From Octopus sinensis (Eukaryota), in the NCBI RefSeq assembly GCF_006345805.1, contig NC_042997.1:13392001-13456000 (forward strand): DNA of 64,000 nucleotides, written 5' to 3'. Shown in pieces: positions 53,608 through 64,000 of this stretch; positions within the stretch are counted from its first letter, which is position 1; each line of letters opens with the position of its first letter. The position numbers were made by a program, and so were the translations under genes. The notes beneath the pieces were generated by a model. It worked only from the letters and a program-made list of their open reading frames with translations, did no database searches and was not told the DNA's origin.

Positions 53608-54008
53608 TCTTTTATTCTTGTATTCTTTTGTTTGATTCATTTGGCTGCGACCGTGCTGGAGTACCGCATTTAGTCCAGCAAATTGTCCACAGAACTTATT
53701 CTTTTTAAGCCAATACATATTCTATCTTTTCTTTTGCCGAACCATTATGTTATGTGGACGTAAACACACCAGCATCGGTTGTCAAACACACACACGCGCA
53801 TACACACATGCATATAATATATACACACAAACACACATATATATACGTGACGGGCTTCTTCAGTTTCCATCTACCAAATCCACTCACAAAATTTAGTTGG
53901 CCCGAGATTATAGTAGAAATCACTAGCCCAAGGTGCCACGCAATGGGACTGAACCCGGAACCATGTGGTTGGTAAGCAAGCTACCTAACACACTACCAAT
54001 CCTGCGCC
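53608..54008 (-). mobile_element. SINE family A (diverged)
   Basis: Ends cctgcgcct; tail tggctgcgaccgtgctgga. Confidence 0.8.
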
Positions 54009-54029
54009 TATATATATATATATATATAT

Positions 54030-54625
54030 CCGACGGTCATTCGGAATGCACAGCAGCCATTTTATCTACTACTCTATGTCACGCACGCTGGTGAGACCCA
54101 TATTGGAGTACGGATTCAAGCCTCTTCTCCTATCTCCTCAAAGACAAACAGCATCTCGAAAGAGTCCAAAGCTGGCTACCCGCATGGTTCATGGTCTCAA
54201 AAATTTGTCCATGAAGAAAGGCTGAGGACGCTCGACCTTTATTCTCTGAAAAACGCGCGCCGCCGTGTGGTGATCTCATTCTCGCCCACAACATCATAAG
54301 CGGAAAGTGTAACCTCTCGAAAGAGCTGTTCTTCACTCCTGCTCCAGAGCGTCGGCTGGCGGGGTCATTCCGAAAAGCTCTACCTGCGACGATTTCATCT
54401 CAATCGAAGGAGAGGAGCTTTCTCCGTCCGGGTTGAGGATCCGTGGAACAAGCTGCCAGACGAGATGGTGAAGATGCCAACGACCGCTTTGTTCAAAGCC
54501 TCCCTTGGCCTCAAGTGGCCTGAACTCTTTACATGAACACCACCCTGTACTTAACCCCATGCCCCCCCTACATGGCCTTGCTATTTGCTTTTGAGCCAAA
54601 TTAACTAACTACATAACTAACTAAC

Positions 54626-54626
<1 letters not shown>
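54030..54626 (+). mobile_element. CR1-group LINE 3' end with (TAAC)n tail
   Basis: TLVRPILEYG, EERLRTLDLYSL, FSVRVEDPWNKLP motifs; aactaactaac tail. Confidence 0.85.
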
Positions 54627-54660
<34 letters not shown>

Positions 54661-54664
54661 TATC

Positions 54665-54699
<35 letters not shown>

Positions 54700-54711
54700 T
54701 ATATATATATG

Positions 54712-54767
<56 letters not shown>

Positions 54768-54950
54768 AATATACATGTGTATATCTATTCCGCTCTTCGT
54801 TACCACAGATATTTACCGGGGTTTTCTACTCGGTTTCAACCGAGATAATTTACATATATATTATTGATAAGAAATGCATACACGTAATTCCTGACGTCAC
54901 TTATACATCGAGATGAATCCATAATACTGATGCATTTTTCCATAGGTATA

Positions 54951-55337
54951 TCTTTATATATAAAAGTGAAGTTGTGTGTCTGTCTCCTACGATTTAGATT
55001 CCTAACTACTCCCACATTTTGCGGTGCAGTTTAACCAAAACCGGGTATCTTATAGTCGTGATTCATATCGAGCCCTTCTGGGCATTAGCGCGCGTCTACG
55101 ATGAGTCTACAATTTAAAAAAAACAATTACCAGCATTTTATTCCATTTTAATGCATTTTTTCGCTATTATATAAGGGAAGTAACTCTCTAAAAATGTCTA
55201 CGATGAGTCAACGATTTACCATCAATTTTTTTCCATTTTTAATGCATTTTTTTGCTATTTTTTGGCTATAACTCTCTAAAAATGCTTATATAGTTATTTC
55301 CCTTACAAACCCGAGCAACGACGGGCGATACTGCTAG
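54951..55337 (+). mobile_element. Non-autonomous Helitron with an internal duplication
   Basis: A|TC...cccgagcaacgacggg...CTAG|T; ctacgatgagtc and taactctctaaaaatg each occur twice. Confidence 0.9.
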
Positions 55338-57183
55338 TATTTACATAAAATATACATGTATATGTACTACATGAAGATATGAATCAAGCCATTGATGTGT
55401 AAATGTCCTAGCCCATGTATATACATACCCTCTTATGCACACACATACACACATACATGCGCACACATATACACTGGTACACAAATAAGTATTTACCAAC
55501 AAGAGCATGCTTTCGTCCAATCCTTCTCTACACCTTTTCTTATTCAACTATATTGCCAGTGTCCTTCAACGCATCTAGTTATCATTAGACCTATGAATAA
55601 TTTCTCATAGTTCCACCTGCCCACAAGCAACAACTTGTCAAAGCTTACGTAAAGACAAAAGTACCTAATTAAAGCACAGTCTTATCGTAATTTTTACACG
55701 TACTTCAAACATACAGGTAGCGTATACATGTTTGACAAATAGAAATAAAGATAACTTTCCGTAGAACGACTAACCGACCATTTGCTAAATATTATGCAAT
55801 TATGCAACAATAATCATCAAAATTTAATTTAATTTCTTCTTTTTCAGCATTGTGTAATATATTCTTTTGCAAAATACACATTTGCTTTTCATTATCTATT
55901 GTTCTGTATACAAATCCTCACACCTCATAACACTCCCACACCCAATTTCACAATCTGAATGCCTTGATTTTACGTTTGGACATGGTAAGCTATCTATGTA
56001 CTTGTTTCATGTTTAAAAATCCCTCACGGCGATGAATGGAATGTAGATATTGCATTGAAATTTACGTTGAAGTATATATATCTTGTATTTTTACTCTGCC
56101 TATTAGCTCTGAGTCCTTTGTATATTTCTTTGCGAGCATTGTTCTTTGAACAAGCATATACAAAGCTATAGATACACATCTACATATGCAATTAAATCCA
56201 CACACACACACACGCAAATATACATCAACATGCATGTGTTTGTGCGCGCGCGTGCATTTGCACGTATGTATGAAAAATATTTTCCAGAAATTTGGTTAAC
56301 TTTGTGTTTTATTTCATAACATTAACGAACGTAGTTTGCTCACTTTTAGAAAGATCATTTATATTATATTTTGAGAACATCCAACCCGTTTTGTTTTAAA
56401 AATGTAGGCAAACTTTATCTTGTGTACAGAATTCAAACATACTTTCCATTGACAACTTTTTTTTATTCAAACGCAAAATCATTTTGGAAAAATCTCTAAC
56501 CTTTATATTGAAATGCCTGGTTCAGTTCTGTATCAAAACGTCATAGCTTCTATACGCTTTTTTTTTATGTATGTATGTATGTATTATCGTTTGACTTTCC
56601 ACTAACCATCATTGACATTTACTCGAATTTCTAGCTGTAATTTTATCAGGATCTGGCACATTCATCCCTGAAATTTTTATCGTTGTATTCTTATCTATTA
56701 CAACATTTCTGACTCTATTCAGTTCTTTATACTCACTTTTACCGATCATGAAAAAGAAAACTTCTCTTTAGTAGGCGCGTTGCAAATGTCTAGCCAAATG
56801 TACATGTGACGATAGTTAAACACAGAGTAACTTGTAAAAAGTGAAAGATAGTTTTCCTTTCTTAAAATGAATGTATACATTCGTAAAATGGTTAGATTAC
56901 CTTAGAATCCCTGTACAATTCCTGTGCATTCAGTGCATAAGGGGCACTATATTCGGTAATACTTCAAAGAACGGTCTACAAGAACAAATAAAAGGGAATT
57001 TTGACAGACTACGAAGCATTCTAAAGAGAATTCATCAGAAAAAAATGGAGTTACATGGTTTACACTCACACGCGCACAAACATAAACACACACATACACA
57101 CATACACACACACGTATATACATATATATTATATATTATATATATGTATATATACAAATATGTATATATATGTATAAATGCTT

Positions 57184-57222
<39 letters not shown>

Positions 57223-57741
57223 CATACATATATATACATATATACATACATATATGTAGATACGTGTTCGTATATATTTTATATATGTATATATATGTAT
57301 ATATATATACATATATATACATATATATAATGTCCATACAAGTATATAAGCGTATGGGAATGTGTGCATGCGTATGTTGCAATACCATGGGGGTCTGTCT
57401 TTGTCAGAGATAATTTGCCGTATTCACTTTGTATTTATTACTATACTAATAATATACAGTCATCAAGCCATTCGCCATTGACTCACTTTAATACTTACTC
57501 AAATGAACATATGATAAGGATTATATGTAAGCTCAGTTCTATACTGAAAAATACATGAATAGTAAGCTAATCTCTCTACGTTACGAATATTAACAATGCC
57601 AGCACTTAAGGGGAGCAAAACGCAGTCATAATATATACAAAATATATAAGCATCTGGATTACCAAATTATCTTGTAATGATACAATTTATGTCGATGAGT
57701 AAATCTTATTGTTGATGCTGTTGTAGTTGCTGTTGGTGTTG

Positions 57742-57791
<50 letters not shown>

Positions 57792-57905
57792 GCAAATTAG
57801 CCATAGAATAGAAGTGAATATAGCAGTGAACGGTGTGTGGACGAATATGATCGGAGAAGAAGGGCTCGACAACAAGTACATTAAAATCATAATCTATCTA
57901 TCTAC

Positions 57906-57957
<52 letters not shown>

Positions 57958-58224
57958 ATATATAATATATATGTATATATATATAATACCTATATGTATA
58001 TATATATATATATATTATATATATATATCTGTGTGTGTGGTGTATATATATATATATATATATATATCAATATATATACACACACTAATATATATACATA
58101 TATATAATTTCTTTACTCTTTATCTATATACATATACATATATATAGTGTGTGTATATATATATATATATTATATATATATATAAATATGCATATATAAT
58201 ATGGATATATATATATATGTGTAT

Positions 58225-58281
<57 letters not shown>

Positions 58282-58702
58282 ATACATATGTATACATAAG
58301 TATGTGTATATCTGTGCATGCATATACATATGTGATGTATGTATGCGTAGAATGCATGATATTTCGTCAAGAATTTCGCTCGGATACAAATTCGTTGTCA
58401 TTCAATTGTCGGTACCTTGTCAAGTGTCCTTTATTCATTCTTCGGTAGGTCGACCAAAAGTTGTGAGTGAAGTTTTGTCCACGGAAAACCTGTCAGAGTT
58501 TTCAGTATGTGAGTTTGTGAGTGTGTGCGTGTGTGTATGTGTGCGTGTGTGTGTGCGTGTGTGTGTGTGTGCGTGTGTGCGCGCGCTCGTATGTGTGCGT
58601 TTATCTATGGGTGTGTTTGTGTGTGCTTGTATATTTGTACGTCGTGTATAAATATATATGTAAATGTGTGTATATGTATATAAAATATGTTTACACACAC
58701 AT

Positions 58703-59010
58703 GGCGCATAGCTCAGTGATTAGAGCGTCGAGCATACGATCGTGAGGTTGTAAGTTCTAATCCCGGACCGAGCTGCGTGTTGTGTTCTCGAGCAAGACAC
58801 TTTATTTCACGTTGCTCCAGTTCACTCAGTTGCAACGTCACAGGTGCCAAGCTGTATCGGCTTTTGCCTTTCCCTTGGATAACACTGGTGGCGTGGATAG
58901 GGGAGGCCGGTATGTATGGGCGACTGCTGGTCTTCCATAAACAACCTTGCCCGGACGTGTGCCTCTGAGGGTAACTTTCTAGGTGCAATCCCACGGTCAG
59001 CCAAGTTAAG
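58703..59010 (+). mobile_element. tRNA-derived SINE (family C-type head, different tail)
   Basis: ggcgcatagctcagtgattagagcg...agttctaatccc; ttcacgttgctccagttcactcag shared with the 13.5-kb SINE. Confidence 0.75.
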
Positions 59011-59064
59011 GGGGTCTCAACGCACACACACGCGCGTGCATATATATATATATATATATATGTG

Positions 59065-59294
59065 TTTCTTTACTACCCACAAGGGGCTAAACATAGAGGG
59101 GACAAACAAGAACAGACAAACGAATTTAAGTCGATTATATCGATCCCAGTACGTAACTGGTACTTAATTTATCGACTTCGAAAGGATGAAAGGCAAAGTC
59201 GACCTCGGTGGAATTTGAACTCGGAACGTAACGGTAGACGAAATACGGCTACGCATTTCGCCCGGCGTGCTAACGGTCTGCCAGCTCGCCGCCT
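59065..59294 (-). mobile_element. SINE family D
   Basis: Reverse complement of 17971-18201. Confidence 0.85.
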
Positions 59295-59345
59295 GTGTGT
59301 ATATATATATATATATATATAGATATATATATATTATATATATAT

Positions 59346-59426
<81 letters not shown>

Positions 59427-59689
59427 TATATATATTATATATATATACACACACGTATACACACAGGCGGCGAGCTGGCACGTATATACACGTATATATA
59501 TATATATATATTATATATACACGTATACACACATTCACACACACTCTTATTTTCATATTTCTAAAAGTATCAGACTGTATTGTAACTACTGTAAACTACA
59601 TAAGCTAGGGTGTGCACATGAAAAATAAGTCGATATAATTCACAGAATGAACTTATTTGCACATTTACATTTCCCGTCCGTACATCTTG

Positions 59690-60110
59690 ATACCACAAAA
59701 CTGCTCTTCTCAACATTTGCTAAGTCTCACCTTGAATATCACTGCCCCCTATTGTTTCCCGACACTTACTAAAAGGTTATGAAGAATAAGAGCACCTCAG
59801 GTCATGGTTGTTGAGATCCTTTCAAAGTACTCAACAATGCATCCCAAAGCAACATAAATGTTAGAACACAGAGAATACTACATCAACACTGTCCAAATGA
59901 TTTTGCTATTAAACATGTTATATCCCATATCATACGCCTATACAAGTATCGAACTCACATTAGATATCATTTTGCCTTTAATCGCCTTCTTATATTCAAT
60001 GTTATCCCGAGAGAAAACGAAGCAGGAAAATACTCCAAAACATTAGAACGGTACTTGGACAAATTTCGCCGAAAATTACCAAGCAGATTACCCATATTTG
60101 GGAAAAGTTT
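59690..60110 (+). mobile_element. Old CR1-group LINE C-terminal remnant
   Basis: LLFSTFAKSHLEYHCP and LERYLDKF motifs. Confidence 0.5.
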
Positions 60111-60479
60111 CTAACGGCAGTGTGTATATAGGTGCGTATATGACCTGGTATCTCTGTATGTGAGTGCATTTCAAAGTGAATACAGGTGAATAATTTCATT
60201 GTTTGAAAGCATTGATATAAATCCGGTTTCATTCCCTGCTTTTATTTTTTTGAGAATGTGCAGTACAACTCAACGAAAATATAAATTGAATATTATAATC
60301 CAGAATAATTGTATAATATATATATATATACATTTATTAATATTATATATATATTAACTTTATTCAAAACAATTTTTAATAACTTCCTTAACTTCACAAA
60401 TAAATGCATAGAACTTTGATACAATATAAAGGACATAACGGAACTTAATATGCACAAGTCAAATTTGCAACAGCACTAC

Positions 60480-61965
60480 ATCACATATGAAAAACGACAT
60501 CGCCTAAATGGCAGCCATTTTCGATTCGCACGCCGGTACTCTTTCCAAAACTTGCACAATAATACCCTCAAGAATTTCAGGCCCCACTTCTCTGATTTCT
60601 CTATTGGTGTTCTCCTTCAGTTGCACGAGGATCTCCGGTTTGTTGACGTAAATCCTCTCTTTCAGTAGGTCTTCTTAGGCCACCTTCGGATCGTGGCTGA
60701 CCATGGGCATCACATCCGTCCATTTATTGGAGACCAATGCGAGAATGACAGTATGCGTCGTAGGCTTCTGAGATGGAAGCGTTCAGCTTTTTATCCTGAC
60801 GAGCTTATGTGGTCCATGTCTCGCTGCCATACAACACGGTGCTGAGGATACAGGCGTTGTACACAGCCATCTTTGTTTTCACTGTCAACTTTGGGTTTGT
60901 CCACACTCTTCATGTGAGGCGCACAAGCGTAGTGGTTGCATTGCCAATTCTCTTATCAATCTCGGCATCGGGAGAGATGTTGACAGTGATGGTGGATCCA
61001 AAGTAGGCGATTTGATGAACAACTTCAAGTTCGTTGTCATCGATGGTGACTGCTGGTTGTGCTGATGTGCCTTGCTCCAGGACATTTTTTCTTCAGGCTG
61101 ATGGTCAGCCCAAAGTCCTTGCAGGCCTGGGAGAAGCGGTCAATTAGCAGCTGCAGCTCCTGTTAGGATTGAGTCGTAACTACAGCGTCGTCAGCAAATA
61201 GAATGTCTCTGATGACAGCTTCACAGACCTTTGCCCTCGCTTTTAGGCGGGCAAGATTGAAGAGCCTACCATCTGATCTGGTCCGCATATAGATTCCTTT
61301 TGTGCTGTGCCGAAAGCGCGTCTCAGGAGAAGATCCTAAAGATCTTTGGGGAAAACACACAGCCTTTCTTGACTCCGTTGCGTATGTCGAAGGGTTCTGA
61401 AAGATTGCTTTTGAACTGCACAGTCCCCTTCATGTGTGAATGAAAGGTCTCAATTAAGCTGTGCGGTCTTGGAGGGCAGCCAATCTTATGGAGAGCCTTG
61501 AAGAGGCCGTCAGTGCTGACGAGGTCGAAGGCCTTGGTAAGGTTGATGAATGCAACACATAGGGAAAACTGCTGCTCCCTGCACTTCTCCTGGAGTTGAC
61601 GAAGGGAAAAGATCATGTCTACAGTGGACCTTTAAGCTCGGAAGCCACACTGTGATTCTGGGTAGACACGCTCAACCAACTTCTGCAGAGGGGTCAGAAG
61701 GACCAGAGAGTTGACTTTGCCAACGATGTTGAGGAGGGAGATGCCTCTATAGTTGTTACAGTCGCTTCTTTCAACCTTGTTCTTGTACAGCGTAGCAATC
61801 TTTGCATCTCTCATGTCTTGCGGTGCAGCTCCCCCTCTCACGCACTGGCAGAGGACTCCGTGCAAAAGGTACAGCAAGGTAATCTTGCAGCGCTTGATGA
61901 GAGCTGGTGGGATGCCGTCGCTGTCTGGAGCTTTGCCTGCTACTAGACTGTAATGGCCTTGCTGA
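60480..61965 (-). mobile_element. RTE (BovB-like) LINE RT fragment
   Basis: KAPDSDGIP, RSDCNNYRGISLL, PESQCGFRA, RQLQEKCREQ, AFINLTKAFDLVS, GVKKGCV, DILFADDA. Confidence 0.92.
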
Positions 61966-61975
61966 GCTCATACAT

Positions 61976-62119
61976 GGTTTGTTTCTTTCAGTTTCCGTCT
62001 ACCAAATTTACTCACAAGGCTTTGGTCAACCCGAAGCTATAGTAGCAGGCCTTTGCCCAGCGCAGAGGGCCTGAATCCGGGACCATGTCGTTGTGAAGCA
62101 AGCTTCTTATCATACAGCT
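61976..62119 (-). mobile_element. SINE family A head fragment
   Basis: ttctttcagtttccgtctaccaaat...cacaaggctttggtc. Confidence 0.7.
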
Positions 62120-62274
62120 GGAAGATGGTGGGGGCTCGCTCACCTGCTTACAATATGTATCGGATGCAGATTGCATCGATAACCAACTGGAGGAGGTGTC
62201 CTCATGGGGCTAAATAGGGTATTAACGTCGGTTCCTACGTAACAGCCATGTTGAAGTGGAAATAAACATCACTT

Positions 62275-62338
<64 letters not shown>

Positions 62339-62389
62339 TTATTTCCACTACAACATGGCTGTTATATATATATATACATATACATATAT

Positions 62390-62691
62390 GGAGGCACAAT
62401 GGCTCAGTGGTTAGGGTAGCGGACTCGCAGTCGTAGGAACGCGGCTTCGATTTCCAGACCGAGCGTTTTGAGTGTTTATTGAGCGAAAACACCTAAAGCT
62501 CCACGAGGCTCCGGCAGGGGGTGGTGGCGATCCCTGCTGTACTCTTTCGTCACAACTTTCTCTCACTCTTTCTTCTGTTGGCCTGCCGCTTAGCCAAGCG
62601 GGGTGGCGTCATTTGAAGGCTAAAACAATGCGAAGCGCATTGTGACAGCGAACGTGTAGCAACATCTGATAGCCTGGTCGGTCACGGTCAC
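62390..62691 (+). mobile_element. tRNA-derived SINE family B (alternative tail)
   Basis: Head as 50866; tail tagcctggtcggtcacggtcac. Confidence 0.85.
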
Positions 62692-62698
62692 ATATACA

Positions 62699-62737
<39 letters not shown>

Positions 62738-63044
62738 GTATGTATTTATATATATATATATGTATTTATATATATATATAAATACATATAGAAAACAGAC
62801 ATATATAGACAGAGGAGACAGAGACAGACGCACTGTCAGACACACAGACAGATAGACATACGGATGGATGGAGAAAAGATGGACGGTTAGGTACGTTGTA
62901 AAGTAGGGCTGACAAGTGGCAATATAGGTATATTAAAATGAAGTATGAAAGGTTTCACACACACACACACATACACACACAGAGCCCAACGTAACAGGCA
63001 AGCCAACATAGATGCATGTGGATATATATATATATTATATATAC

Positions 63045-63100
<56 letters not shown>

Positions 63101-63164
63101 ATCACGTGACCGAATGACGCCTTCGAATGACGCCACCCGCTGGCTAAGCGAGCAGGCCAAGTGT

Positions 63165-63285
63165 TTCCTTGTGTAGTATGTCCTGTACTCTGTTTTTCTG
63201 TTGTAAAAAAATGGTTTTTCCGTTTTCGTTTCTCGTTGAGTTCTACGTCTAGTTGTGGTGTCCTGTACTCACGTATATATATTTA
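63165..63285 (+). repeat. Penelope pLTR-like tail fragment
   Basis: ttcgtttctcgttgag...ggtgtcctgtactc resembles the reverse complement of 3400-3470. Confidence 0.4.
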
Positions 63286-64000
63286 TATATGCATGTATAT
63301 ATACATGTAGATGTAGGTACGTACATATATGTTTGTATGTATGCATATATTTTATTTATTACACTATATATATGTATATATATAGTCGTGTATCTTATTT
63401 TGTGATGATACATGACGTAATTTATGAATTTCTACATGTTTATATATGTATACTTAAATATGTTATTTTCATTTCATGTGCCCTTTTTTCCCTATATTAA
63501 CCTTTTATAGCAACGCGTATAAAATTGTAAGTTTGTGTGAATAAGTGGTCGTGCGTTTGTAGAAGTGCATTTGTTGTGTATGTGTTAGTGTGTTTTGGGG
63601 TGGGGTAGTTTGTGCATACTATACGCTGATTTTTTTCTTTTATGCGTGAAAGAGAAATATACCGACTGAGACTAGGGAGACGTGAGAAAATAAATTCCGG
63701 TATTATTGGGTAGAAAAAAATTATGAATTTATTGTCACCCATAGCTACAGCAACAACAACAACAACAAGAGTAATAGCAACTGCTGAAAAACCAGTACAT
63801 TGACTACAAAAACAACAACAACAAAAAATGAATAATACAAAACAGCAAAAGCAAGGTAGTAACTCAAGAAAAGAAAGAAAAACTTCTGTGGAAAATAAAA
63901 CCAACAGGTAGAAAAATAGTGACAGAGAAATAGTAGGGCTCGTAATGTTGATATCATTAGTCAGGCAGAATTAGCTGGCAGAATTAGCTGGCAGAATTGT

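Noticed and set aside
63963-63998. ggcagaattagct repeated about three times at the window end
   Set aside because: Probably a slipped SINE D head; cut by the window edge, so a CRISPR or satellite call is unsupported

Overview
A very AT-rich, repeat-saturated animal genomic window, probably a long intron or intergenic DNA. The SINE heads, R4/Dong-type, HERO, RTE and CR1 LINE remnants, mariner relics, Helitrons and the microsatellite density most resemble an Octopus (coleoid cephalopod) genome; this is an inference from pattern recognition, not a database result. I found no host gene, rRNA, true tRNA or CRISPR that I can support. Nearly all ORFs in the supplied track are translations of microsatellites, and the rest are decayed transposon proteins. 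The most interesting signals are: (1) a small repeat family carrying a minimal type I hammerhead ribozyme (16.5 kb and 41.5 kb, one copy with an inverted segment); (2) a cluster of hammerhead core motifs with alternative helices in the 3' UTR of a young HERO-type retrotransposon (43.2-43.4 kb); (3) a 196-bp near-perfect palindrome plus hairpin and re-priming scars at that element's 5' junction; (4) a same-strand pile-up of seven inserts from four families in (TAA)n arrays (30.8-36 kb); (5) a TTAGGG patch replacing a conserved RT motif; (6) short flanks duplicated in inverted orientation across (TA)n tracts. Element boundaries were read by eye and are approximate unless a junction is quoted.
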